Notes under the pieces: generated by a model
Databases searched by the model: none
Told to the model about the DNA's origin: nothing
What the model saw: only the letters and a program-made list of their open reading frames with translations
Program-made: the position numbers and the translations under genes
Shown: positions 48,967-58,598 of the stretch, piece by piece
Layout: each line of letters begins with the position of its first letter
Position numbering within the stretch: position 1 is the stretch's first letter
Source of the DNA: Flavobacteriales bacterium
Lineage (GTDB): Bacteria > Bacteroidota > Bacteroidia > UBA10329
Assembly (NCBI GenBank): GCA_016124845.1
Contig: WGMW01000009.1
Location: 149,624-213,623, forward strand
Direction of reading: 5' to 3'
DNA: 64,000 nucleotides

Positions 48967-49685
48967 AAACGGTAGAAACCAAGGTACGTTCGACTCCAAT
49001 GAAACTGATGGCACATACTCGGTCATTGGAACTATGCTCAAGAATGAACTACGAGACTGAGAACCTGGATTTCATCGACAAGATGAAGGAAGGTGATGTG
49101 ATGTACGACCTCGGTGCCTGTGAAGGCCGGTTCTCCGTTTATGCTGCCCTCCATGGAATTAGATGTGTGTCATTCGAACCAGAGCAGGAAAACTTCAAGG
49201 TGCTGACCAGCAATATTGAACTCAATGGAATAGACGGTTCGCTTATAACCCCGCTGAACTATGGCGTAAGTGACCAAACGAAGGAAGGACGCATGAACAT
49301 TGGTCAACCTTGGGCCGGAGGTCATCAAAAAGTAGTGGACAGTGGTGAAAAACGAGCTGATCTTGACTTCGATTTCAAAACGGTGCAAGAAATCAAGTTG
49401 ATAAGCCTTGATGACGCAGTTGTCAAATTGGGCATTCCGTTACCAAACTATCTCAAAGTTGATATTGATGGTTCGGAAATACCTTTTATGCGAGGTGCGC
49501 AGAAGGTTTTGTCAGGACCTCAACTCACGGGAGTCATTTATGAGTTGCAAGTTGAAGATGAGAGTTATGATTTTGTCGTAAAGAACCTTGCAGAACATGG
49601 CTTCAGAGAAAACTCTAGGCACCAAGTACCGAACGAGCCGAACCTGTTCAATATCATCTTCTACAGAGATGAGCAGCCCAGCTGA
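48963..49685 (+). CDS. FkbM family methyltransferase
   Basis: The MYDLGACEGRFSV glycine-rich SAM motif is typical of FkbM. Confidence 0.75.
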   Translation: MKTVETKVRSTPMKLMAHTRSLELCSRMNYETENLDFIDKMKEGDVMYDLGACEGRFSVYAALHGIRCVSFEPEQENFKVLTSNIELNGIDGSLITPLNYGVSDQTKEGRMNIGQPWAGGHQKVVDSGEKRADLDFDFKTVQEIKLISLDDAVVKLGIPLPNYLKVDIDGSEIPFMRGAQKVLSGPQLTGVIYELQVEDESYDFVVKNLAEHGFRENSRHQVPNEPNLFNIIFYRDEQPS

Positions 49686-50622
49686 ACCATCTTACCCTAA
49701 GGTTATTGTTTGGATAGTAACCTACAAGCACGAAGCTTACATAGAAAAAGCCGTCCGATCCGTCCTTGCGCAGCAGACAGATTTCCCTTTCGACATTTTC
49801 ATTGCAGAAGACAATTCGCCAGATGGCACCCGTGATATCTGTAAACGATTGGCTTCAGAACACCCAGATAGAATCACGCTTTTTTTGAATGACCCGAACA
49901 AAGGAGCCACGCAGAACGGATTCTTTCTGTACCACCAATGCATTGATCATGGTGCTGACTACATAGCCACCCTTGAAGGTGACGATTTCTGGATGACGAC
50001 AGACAAGTTACAAAAGCAGGTGAACGTGCTGAATGCTCAGCCTGACGTTTCCCTTGTCTTCACGGATGCAGTAAAAGTCAAGGACGGTTTAAATGTTCCG
50101 TTTTACCACCAGGATAAACCTCCGAGAACCTTAGACATGGCAGGATACGTTCGCGGTAAGTTTCGCATTCCAACATGTACTGTTCTCATGAGAAGTAGCA
50201 TCATGAAAGAAGTACTTGCCGCAGTACCAAAACTGGAAGGTCTGTTTCACGTAGACTTTTTCATGTGGTGCGTAGCTGGAAAACAGGGAAGACTCTATTT
50301 CATAGACGAGGTGACAGCAAGCTACACTGTGCATTCAGCAAGCATGACCCGTGCAACTACTGAACTGGACACGCTCACTAAAGGCATGAACATGAATGCA
50401 TTCTTAGCGGATTATTTTGGTTCTCCGATCAGCAAACATTTTCTTCAGAATAATTGGTGGTATTATCTGGAATACGCTTTCATGGAAATTCGTAACAAAA
50501 AGTATTTCAACTCCTTGGGATGGCTCCTAAGGTCCTTATCTAACTCCTTGAAGTTCAACCACAGAAATCAGGCTCAGATCATAAGGGATTATGTTTATCG
50601 GCTACGTCATCGCTCTGTTTAG
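49669..50622 (+). CDS. Glycosyltransferase family 2
   Basis: Start at internal Met MSSPAEP. …IVWIVTYKHEAY…EDNSPDGT… and DxD (EGDD) motifs are present. Confidence 0.75.
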   Translation: MSSPAEPSYPKVIVWIVTYKHEAYIEKAVRSVLAQQTDFPFDIFIAEDNSPDGTRDICKRLASEHPDRITLFLNDPNKGATQNGFFLYHQCIDHGADYIATLEGDDFWMTTDKLQKQVNVLNAQPDVSLVFTDAVKVKDGLNVPFYHQDKPPRTLDMAGYVRGKFRIPTCTVLMRSSIMKEVLAAVPKLEGLFHVDFFMWCVAGKQGRLYFIDEVTASYTVHSASMTRATTELDTLTKGMNMNAFLADYFGSPISKHFLQNNWWYYLEYAFMEIRNKKYFNSLGWLLRSLSNSLKFNHRNQAQIIRDYVYRLRHRSV

Positions 50623-50683
50623 GAGTTATTATCATCTTCAGTTTGAGTAGAAAACAATAATTTTTCAGTTCTTAGGTACCAAT

Positions 50684-51712
50684 ATGCGATTTACCAAACC
50701 AAAGGGAACCAAATTGATCTGCCTGACCCCAGTGGTCAATGAAGCCTTTGAATTGCACCGGTTCTTAAGGTGTGCAAGCGTTTGGGCTGACCACATTATT
50801 GCAGGCTATCAAGAATCAACGGACAACACACTGGAAATCCTTCAGGGTCACGAAAAGGTCACCATCGTAAACAGCCCTAATAAAGACTGGAACGAACTGG
50901 TTATGCGTTCCATGTTGTACGAGGCAGCGAGAAAAGTTGAAGCAGAAAAGCGCATCATCATGAATTTGGATGCCGATGAACTTTTCTCGGCCAATTTTCT
51001 GACCTCTTCAGAATGGAAGACCATTCTTGAACTGCCTGCCGGTTCGATTGTTCGAATGCCATGGGCCAACCTTCATGCGGATATGAAAACGTACAGTCCA
51101 AGCAACATGATAGAAGTAGGATTCGTGGACGATGGAACATCGACTCTGACAGGTAGCGTAATGCATATGGGCCGTGTTCCTTGGCCAAACTACGATATAA
51201 CGATCCTGAGGTGCAACGAAATCAAATTGCTGCATTATCAACTGACAAACCCGGAAAGGCAAGAGAGTAAGTCGAGATGGTATAGAGCATACGAAAAGGT
51301 AGGGAAAGGGCAGTTTGGCCCAAACATTTTCCGAAAATACTCCCCTCCTCTTCAAAAACCAGCCGTACTTCCCGTAAACGACAGTTGGTTCAACGGGTAC
51401 AATGAATTAGGAATTGACGTAACCTCAGCCGTTTACGGATATGACTACTCACACGACTATCGGCTATTAGAATACTTGGATGAATTCGGAACCAAATACT
51501 TTCGTATGACCAATATTTGGGGAAAAGACTGGGTTCAATTCGCCACTGGTAAAAAAGAAAACCCAGAACGATTCAAAGACCCTAGAGGGAAGTTTGACAG
51601 ATTGATTTTCCGATACATGCGCTGGTCTTTCGCAACCCAAAAAACTCCATTGAGCAGACTCATCATTGGCATGATTGACCGAACGTTGAAACTCATCGGT
51701 TACTCCAGTTAA
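50684..51712 (+). CDS. Hypothetical GT-A-like nucleotide-sugar transferase (DxD motif NLDADE)
   Basis: 342 aa with a Rossmann-like N-terminal half. Family is uncertain. Confidence 0.4.
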   Translation: MRFTKPKGTKLICLTPVVNEAFELHRFLRCASVWADHIIAGYQESTDNTLEILQGHEKVTIVNSPNKDWNELVMRSMLYEAARKVEAEKRIIMNLDADELFSANFLTSSEWKTILELPAGSIVRMPWANLHADMKTYSPSNMIEVGFVDDGTSTLTGSVMHMGRVPWPNYDITILRCNEIKLLHYQLTNPERQESKSRWYRAYEKVGKGQFGPNIFRKYSPPLQKPAVLPVNDSWFNGYNELGIDVTSAVYGYDYSHDYRLLEYLDEFGTKYFRMTNIWGKDWVQFATGKKENPERFKDPRGKFDRLIFRYMRWSFATQKTPLSRLIIGMIDRTLKLIGYSS

Positions 51713-51743
51713 ACTGAACAAACCTTTCGTTTTACCCTACCGA

Positions 51744-52595
51744 ATGACCCCTGTTGTAAGCGTATGCATCATCAGTTATAAGCAGGAAGCTTTTATTGAA
51801 GCAACTCTTTCGGGGGCAATGCGACAACAATTGAATGTTCCGTACGAAATTGTGGTTGGAGACGACAGTTCGCCAGACAGTACCCTGACCATAATTGAAA
51901 GGCTGGCAAGCCAGGACTCAAGAATTCGAATTCTTGAGAAAGAAAAGAACCTGGGAATGCACGGCAACTGGGCACGAACAATCAAGGCGTGCAACGGAAA
52001 ATACATTGCTCTTTGCGAAGGAGATGACATCTGGAACGACCCGATGAAACTGCAGAAACAGATCGATCTTCTTGAGAATAACCCAAACGCTTCCGCTTGT
52101 TTCAGTAATGCTGATGTACTCAATGAAGATGGTTCGGTCAGTCCGTATGCTTACGTGGACACAGAGTTTGAGATCTTATCAGCAAAAGACTTTTTCGAAC
52201 TGAACTTCAACCCGGTTCCAACCTGCACATTGGTTTTCAGACGTTCTTGTTTCCAAGATTTTCCACCAGCGTATTTTCAAAGTCCGTTTGCAGATTGGAT
52301 CCTGCACACGCTTCTCATCCAAAAAGGCGACTACATCTATCTGCCTGAAAAAACATCTACATATCGCAAGCATGATGGAGGTGTTTGGTCTGGAATCAAA
52401 GAAGAAAAACAACTTCAGAACAAGTTAAAGGCACTAAGGCTGATTCGTTCAATCGTGGGTGATTCTTTCAAAAACGCCAATGCATCAGCCATTCGAAAAC
52501 AACTGGACAAGCTCCTCTATTTTTATCGGGGACAGAAACAGCACGGTAAGTTTTGGAAAACGTGGTTTGAATTGAAAATACTGGTGTTCAGATGA
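51744..52595 (+). CDS. Glycosyltransferase family 2
   Basis: VSVCIISYKQEAFIE…DDSSPDST…EGDD. Confidence 0.8.
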   Translation: MTPVVSVCIISYKQEAFIEATLSGAMRQQLNVPYEIVVGDDSSPDSTLTIIERLASQDSRIRILEKEKNLGMHGNWARTIKACNGKYIALCEGDDIWNDPMKLQKQIDLLENNPNASACFSNADVLNEDGSVSPYAYVDTEFEILSAKDFFELNFNPVPTCTLVFRRSCFQDFPPAYFQSPFADWILHTLLIQKGDYIYLPEKTSTYRKHDGGVWSGIKEEKQLQNKLKALRLIRSIVGDSFKNANASAIRKQLDKLLYFYRGQKQHGKFWKTWFELKILVFR

Positions 52596-53608
52596 AAAAC
52601 GAAGGCATTTCGGTCATCGTTTGCTGCTATAATAGCACGAGTAGAATTGAACCTACGCTACAGCATATACTTCAGCAGGAAACGGATGGCTCTTTCAATT
52701 GGGAGATCATTGTAATTGACAACAATTCAACCGATGGTACAGCACAGTTTGCCAAAAAGCTTCTCGCGGAAGCCGAAACCCCAGTTTCAAATCGAGTGGT
52801 CTTCGAACCAAAACCCGGACTGAGCAACGCCCGCAACAAGGGCTTCGAAGAAGCCACGTACAATATTGTACTGATGGTGGATGACGACAACAGTCTTTGC
52901 TCCGATTATCTCCAAGGTATTTGGAACGCATTCAAAAAAAACGCGAGCGCAGGCATGGTCGGTGGCCTTGGAATTGCAGCTTTGGAGGCTACCGCTCCCG
53001 CTTGGTTCTGGGAATATGATTATTGCTATGCCATTGGTCCGCAATCAAACAACGGCAAAGCCATCGAACACCTTTATGGTGCAGGATTAGCCTTGCGTAT
53101 GGATGTCATGGAAAAAATCCGAGGTGCGGGTTTCACCGGTCTTCTTTCGGATAGAATTGGGAAAACCCTCATGTCTGGTGGTGATACTGAATTGTGCTAT
53201 GCTTTCAGAATGGCCGGTTACGAATTGGTTTTCAACCCAGAGATCTTCTTTATGCATCATCTGCCCAAAGGCAGGGTCAATTGGAGGTATCTGCGTAGAT
53301 TATTCTATGGTTTTGGGCAGACAAAGGCATATCTTGACATATACACATCTTGCTTGGCAGGAAGAGAAATGCCAGAGAATGGCCGTCTTCCGTTCTGGTT
53401 CAATCGAGCCGTGTACCTGGCAAATAATGCAAAAAGTGATTTAACGATCCTTTTGCTGGGAGCGTTCTTCAACTTGGAGGGCAATGACCGATTGTTAAAG
53501 GCACTTGCCCGATTAGGACAAGTGAAAAGAATTGTTCAGCTGAATACTGCCTACATCAGCCTCTTCTCAAAAATTCACCTGCTCAAAAAACACCTGAACA
53601 AAGGATGA
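52592..53608 (+). CDS. Glycosyltransferase family 2
   Basis: ISVIVCCYNS…IDNNSTDGT…VDDD. Confidence 0.8.
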   Translation: MKNEGISVIVCCYNSTSRIEPTLQHILQQETDGSFNWEIIVIDNNSTDGTAQFAKKLLAEAETPVSNRVVFEPKPGLSNARNKGFEEATYNIVLMVDDDNSLCSDYLQGIWNAFKKNASAGMVGGLGIAALEATAPAWFWEYDYCYAIGPQSNNGKAIEHLYGAGLALRMDVMEKIRGAGFTGLLSDRIGKTLMSGGDTELCYAFRMAGYELVFNPEIFFMHHLPKGRVNWRYLRRLFYGFGQTKAYLDIYTSCLAGREMPENGRLPFWFNRAVYLANNAKSDLTILLLGAFFNLEGNDRLLKALARLGQVKRIVQLNTAYISLFSKIHLLKKHLNKG

Positions 53609-54618
53609 ATCAGCCGTTGGTCACAGTACTTATCCCAATGTACAATGCCGAGGACTTCGTGGAGCAATCCGTTCGAAGCATTCTTGAACAGACCTATACA
53701 AATTTTGAGTTACTGATAATTGATGATGGATCTACGGACCGATCCGTACCCGTTGTGGAATCCTTCAGCGACCAACGCATTAAACTTGTTCGGAACGAGA
53801 AAAACCTGAAACTCATTGCCACGCTGAACAAAGGTCTTAGCCTTGCCAAAGGAAAGTACATCGTAAGATTGGACGCTGATGACATTGCCATCAAAGAAAG
53901 AATAGAAACGCAGGTATCGTTCATGGAAGAGCACCCCGAAGTAGGGTTATGCGGAACCTGGTATGAAGCGTTCGGTGATGTTTCTTCCGTGGTCAGATAC
54001 CCAACAGACCACCAAAGTCTCAAGTACATGTCACTATACCAATGCCCGATCATTCACCCTTCCACTATTTTCAGAACTTCCGTAATAAAAGAGCACGGTC
54101 TGAAATATGATCTGGATTACCCACATGCAGAAGATTATAAGCTGTGGGGGCAATTTGCCATGGTAAGTCAACTTGCAAATGTTCCAGAAGTTTTACTTCG
54201 ATACAGATTACACGACAGTAATATTTCGAAACAACAGGCGTCAACACAGAAAAGCAACAGTATTCGAATAAGAACGGAGTTGTTCCATGAACTAGGTTTG
54301 AATGTAAGCCCAAACCAATTGGAAGCCTTTATGCAAATGAATCATCAGGTTGACAACTTGACTTTGGAGCAACTGAAAAGTTTGGGCACTTTACTTAGCA
54401 ACATGATAGTGTCCAACAACAACAGCTCCTATTTGAATTCTGAATGGCTTTCTCGAACATTGAACAATAAATGGTATGAGACCTGCTCCAACCATGCTCA
54501 CTTGGGCTGGAGCGTATTCAAGACGTATTTGTCTTATGAAAATCTCTTGTCAGAAAAACCTCGATTAGAGAAAACGTCAAAGATTTTCGTGAAATCAATT
54601 CGCGGAGAATTGCAATAG
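53605..54618 (+). CDS. Glycosyltransferase family 2
   Basis: VTVLIPMYNAEDFV…IDDGSTD…LDADD. It is a paralogue of the next gene. Confidence 0.85.
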   Translation: MNQPLVTVLIPMYNAEDFVEQSVRSILEQTYTNFELLIIDDGSTDRSVPVVESFSDQRIKLVRNEKNLKLIATLNKGLSLAKGKYIVRLDADDIAIKERIETQVSFMEEHPEVGLCGTWYEAFGDVSSVVRYPTDHQSLKYMSLYQCPIIHPSTIFRTSVIKEHGLKYDLDYPHAEDYKLWGQFAMVSQLANVPEVLLRYRLHDSNISKQQASTQKSNSIRIRTELFHELGLNVSPNQLEAFMQMNHQVDNLTLEQLKSLGTLLSNMIVSNNNSSYLNSEWLSRTLNNKWYETCSNHAHLGWSVFKTYLSYENLLSEKPRLEKTSKIFVKSIRGELQ

Positions 54619-54659
54619 CCACTTTCAGAAATTTTTCCGGAGTTCTAATTTTGTTCTTC

Positions 54660-55679
54660 ATGGGACAATCGATTCTGACAGTTCTCATGCCGGTTTACAA
54701 TGCCGAACAACATTTGAAAGACGCTATTAATAGCGTTTTGGATCAGTCTTTTCAGAATTTCAAACTCCTGATCATCAATGATGGGTCTACTGACGGCTCA
54801 ATGAATATCATTGAAAGTTTCAATGATAAACGGTTAGAAGTTATCCAACTTCAAGAAAATGGGGGGGTGGTAAATGCACTGAATATTGGAATTGACTCCA
54901 TTGACACCAAATATATTGCTCGTGCAGATGCCGATGACATCTGTCTGCCAGATCGATTCAAAAAACAGATCGACTTCATGGAAACCCATTCCGAAGTGGG
55001 AGCTCTTGGAACAGGATTTGACAGTTTGATGCCAGATGGCTCCATCAGATCGGGAGGCCGATTTTCTACTGAACATGACATTATCCGTTTGCGGCATCTG
55101 TACCAGATACAGATCATTCATGGTACTTCCATGCTACGCACGGATGTTCTGAAAAACTATGGATTGAAATTCGACCCAGACTTCAAGCATGCGGAGGATT
55201 ACGACTTCTTCGACCGAGTGGGAAATGTGAGCCGAATAGCCAATATTCCCGAACCGCTCTATCTGATCCGGCATCACGAAACCCGCGTTTCTGAACAGTT
55301 CTCAGATATACAGAAACGGAATTCAGACCGAGTGAAAGTCAGAATCTTTCAGGCAATGGGAATTGATGTTACCGAGACAGAATTGGAACTCATCCAATGG
55401 TTGATGTACCAGAACTATTCTTGGTTTGATCTCGAAAAGGTTTCCGCTCTTTCATCTCTGCTGGGCCGAATCATTCAAGCCAATAACAATAGCGGGTATT
55501 TCGAACCTGAATTTCTCCGTTTTCAGCTGTGTTCACGATTTCTTCACCTCTGTAATTTCATGGCGAAAACCGAACCTGAAATCCCACAGATTCTTCGCGG
55601 CCTGAAAGAAGTTCGCTTTTCGGATGGCCCGAAATTGTTCTTCAACATTAATCTCAAATCATTCTTAGCGCGATTCTGA
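54660..55679 (+). CDS. Glycosyltransferase family 2 (contains G7 homopolymer tract)
   Basis: LTVLMPVYNAEQHL…INDGSTD…ADADD. It is collinear with 53605..54618. Confidence 0.85.
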   Translation: MGQSILTVLMPVYNAEQHLKDAINSVLDQSFQNFKLLIINDGSTDGSMNIIESFNDKRLEVIQLQENGGVVNALNIGIDSIDTKYIARADADDICLPDRFKKQIDFMETHSEVGALGTGFDSLMPDGSIRSGGRFSTEHDIIRLRHLYQIQIIHGTSMLRTDVLKNYGLKFDPDFKHAEDYDFFDRVGNVSRIANIPEPLYLIRHHETRVSEQFSDIQKRNSDRVKVRIFQAMGIDVTETELELIQWLMYQNYSWFDLEKVSALSSLLGRIIQANNNSGYFEPEFLRFQLCSRFLHLCNFMAKTEPEIPQILRGLKEVRFSDGPKLFFNINLKSFLARF

Positions 55680-55798
55680 TTCGACTTCTTTGAATCATTG
55701 AATTACCAAAATCACGTAACGAACCAGCCTTTGTGTCTTTAGTTTTTCTTTCTTTAGGCCAACGATCGCAGGTTTGCGACAAACAGAATGCAATCTGA

Positions 55799-56506
55799 AT
55801 GAGCTGGTTCTACCGTTTGTACTACCCTCTAAGGCTTAGAGCCATTTACTCGTATCATCTTCGCCACAAGAACAAGAAGAACGGTTTGGGGGAATTGCTC
55901 CGCTCACAAGGGAAAACCCGTTGGTTGGATATGGGCGCATCGGGCAGTTTCAGTGATGGTTTTTTCTTCGCGGATCTGTACCCACCGGAAGAAGCGAACG
56001 ATAAATTGAGAGACCACTACTTTCAGTTCAATGCCACTTTGGATCATCCAACGGAAAAGTTCGAATCGATGGGAAAGTTCGACCTCATTCGAATGCAGCA
56101 TGTGCTGGAACATTTGCCGATTGAGACACTGCCAAAGGCGTTTGAGAACTTCCATCGACTGATGAATGATGAGGGCTGGATCCTGATAACCGTTCCAGAC
56201 CTACGACTGATGGCCAAAATGTATCTGAGAAGTGCGCTCGACACTCCTTCGGCATTTTCAGAATGGGCGGAAACCCGAATTGAAAAAGGAAGCCCACAAA
56301 GCTATTATTTCTCCATTTTCACCCATAGCGTTCCATATCAGGCGCATCATTGGTGTTTTGATGAAGAGGGAATGCGTTACGCCATGGAAAAATCCGGCCT
56401 GTTCAAAAACATTAAGGCTTTAACCCCATTCAGCAGGTTGGCCGATGTGCCTTTCACACATAATCGACCGGGCGAAGACCTCTGCATTGTAGCTCAAAAG
56501 GCCTGA
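55799..56506 (+). CDS. SAM-dependent methyltransferase (Methyltransf_23-like)
   Basis: WLDMGASGS motif I-like and ILITVPD. The start is uncertain. Confidence 0.55.
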   Translation: MSWFYRLYYPLRLRAIYSYHLRHKNKKNGLGELLRSQGKTRWLDMGASGSFSDGFFFADLYPPEEANDKLRDHYFQFNATLDHPTEKFESMGKFDLIRMQHVLEHLPIETLPKAFENFHRLMNDEGWILITVPDLRLMAKMYLRSALDTPSAFSEWAETRIEKGSPQSYYFSIFTHSVPYQAHHWCFDEEGMRYAMEKSGLFKNIKALTPFSRLADVPFTHNRPGEDLCIVAQKA

Positions 56507-56508
56507 CA

Positions 56509-57459
56509 ATGTCTGGATCCGACCATAGTACAAAACCTTTCTTTTCAGTCATCATCCCAACTTACAATCGGGCCAGATCCATCATGGATGCGGTGAAGAG
56601 TGTTCAGGCGCAGACTTTTACGGACTTTGAGCTTTTGGTAATCGATGATGGCTCGAAGGACAACACGGGAGAACTGGTGAAAGCGGCTTCGGTGGCAGAT
56701 TCCAGGGTCAGATACATTTATCAGGATAATGCCGAAAGAAGTGCCGCGCGTAACCACGGAATTGAACTTGCCCAAGGCCGCTACATCTGCTTTTTAGATA
56801 GTGACGACATCTATTTGGAAGACCATTTGGAGCAATTCCATCGAACGATTGTGGCGAATGATTTTCCAAGGGCTATGGTTTTGGGAAATTCATTGGCTGA
56901 AATAAATGGCGAATACCGAAAAGACCCGCCTTACGTCACGGAAACGGACGACCCGATTGAACTTGTGCTGAAGATTTCCATCTGTTCGCAGCGCGTTTGT
57001 ATTGAAAACTCCATCCTGAAAGAGAACCGATATGATGTAAAGCTTCGGGTTGGCGAGGATCAGGAGCTCTGGAGCCGAATCGTTCGGAAATACCCGATCG
57101 TTCATTCCGACCAATACACGGTTGTGCTGCGCGATCTTGGCGACCGCACCATCGACTACCTGAACACCGACACCTACTTGGCCAATCTGCAAATTCGAAA
57201 ACGGATCATTGCGCAAGATGTGGACGGACGAATCCGACCAGAATGGAGGAAGTTCGCACTCAGCGCAGCGTATTATAAACTGGCGGTCAGTTACTTGAAA
57301 AGAGGAAAACTTGCCGCCTTTTACTTGAACATGATCCGCTCAATTCTTGCTGATACGGGTCATTTTTTGAAGGACAAATTGCTGGTTATCGGCTCGACCA
57401 TTCCGTTGGTAAAGCGACTTACGGTTGGAAAGCTGCCTAAATTCGTTCAGCAGGCATGA
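56509..57459 (+). CDS. Glycosyltransferase family 2
   Basis: FSVIIPTYNRARSI…IDDGSKD…LDSDD. Confidence 0.85.
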   Translation: MSGSDHSTKPFFSVIIPTYNRARSIMDAVKSVQAQTFTDFELLVIDDGSKDNTGELVKAASVADSRVRYIYQDNAERSAARNHGIELAQGRYICFLDSDDIYLEDHLEQFHRTIVANDFPRAMVLGNSLAEINGEYRKDPPYVTETDDPIELVLKISICSQRVCIENSILKENRYDVKLRVGEDQELWSRIVRKYPIVHSDQYTVVLRDLGDRTIDYLNTDTYLANLQIRKRIIAQDVDGRIRPEWRKFALSAAYYKLAVSYLKRGKLAAFYLNMIRSILADTGHFLKDKLLVIGSTIPLVKRLTVGKLPKFVQQA

Positions 57460-58598
57460 GAATTCTCCAGATTGTTCCATCATTGATCCGAGGCGGGGCC
57501 GAACGACTTGTTCTCAACCTTACCCAAGAATTGGAAGCGCAGGGACACGAAGTAAAAATCTTCGCGTTGCACGATGAGAACCTTTACCGTTCGCTTCAAA
57601 GCAAAACCGAGGTGGTGATCACACCTGCTCGCGTTTCCTATTCGCTGCTTGGTCAGGACACTTCTGATACCGAAAGTTTCGACAAAGCCGTTCGCGAGTT
57701 CGACCCGCAGATCATTCACAGTCATTTGATTGAAGCGGAGCTAATCAGTCGTCATAAACCTTACGAAAAGGCAGTTTACATTTCGCATTGGCATGGCTGC
57801 CCTGAGATGCTTCGGAAAGTTCCATTAGCCGCATTCCTAAAGAAGGATACTTGGTGGAATTGGAACGTTAAACGCAACCTGATAAGCGGTTACAAAGAGT
57901 GCAACAACCATTTTCTGTGTATTTCTGAGTTTATGAAAGAATGGGTCATGGAGCATTTGGAAGCCGACCCGAAAGCCTGTTCCATCATCAATAATGCAGT
58001 GGACACCAGTCTGTTCCGACCTATGGAAGTTGAACGTGACAATTCCGTATTCCATCTAATTGCGGTCGGAAAACTGAACTACAACAAGAACCAGCAGTTT
58101 TTGGTGCGAGTAGTGGCTGAACTGCTGAAGCTTGGGGTTGAATCAGACCTGACGTTGCTCGGTAGTGGTGCTGAGGAACCCAAGCTAAAGCAACTTGCAT
58201 CCGAACTTGGCGTTGGCGAACGAATCCACTATCCAGGAACGGTAGATAATCCCGAAATCTACTTGAACAAGGCGGATCTTTTGGTGCATGCTTCGCATTA
58301 CGAAGCATTCGGATTGGTACTACTGGAAGCGATGGCATGCGGAAAGCCCGTTGTCTGTTTCAATGATGGTGGTCCAGCCGAAGTGGCAGTTGATGGACAC
58401 AACGGTTTTGTTGTGAAACGAAATGATCTGAAAGGTTTTTCTGAAGCCGTTGCAAAACTGGCGCAAGACCAGGACCTATACGCTGAATTGAGCCGAAACG
58501 CGTTGGATTTCAGCGCGAATTACGGCTTGAAGCAATACGCAAATAAGGTTTTGGGGCTTTATGAAAAACTGCTTTCCGAACGGAAAATCCGGTCATAA
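57456..58598 (+). CDS. Glycosyltransferase family 4 (GT-B)
   Basis: MRILQIVPSLIRGGAERLV… plus the C-terminal E(x7)E-type motif region (EAFGLVLLEAMACGKPVV). Confidence 0.85.
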   Translation: MRILQIVPSLIRGGAERLVLNLTQELEAQGHEVKIFALHDENLYRSLQSKTEVVITPARVSYSLLGQDTSDTESFDKAVREFDPQIIHSHLIEAELISRHKPYEKAVYISHWHGCPEMLRKVPLAAFLKKDTWWNWNVKRNLISGYKECNNHFLCISEFMKEWVMEHLEADPKACSIINNAVDTSLFRPMEVERDNSVFHLIAVGKLNYNKNQQFLVRVVAELLKLGVESDLTLLGSGAEEPKLKQLASELGVGERIHYPGTVDNPEIYLNKADLLVHASHYEAFGLVLLEAMACGKPVVCFNDGGPAEVAVDGHNGFVVKRNDLKGFSEAVAKLAQDQDLYAELSRNALDFSANYGLKQYANKVLGLYEKLLSERKIRS

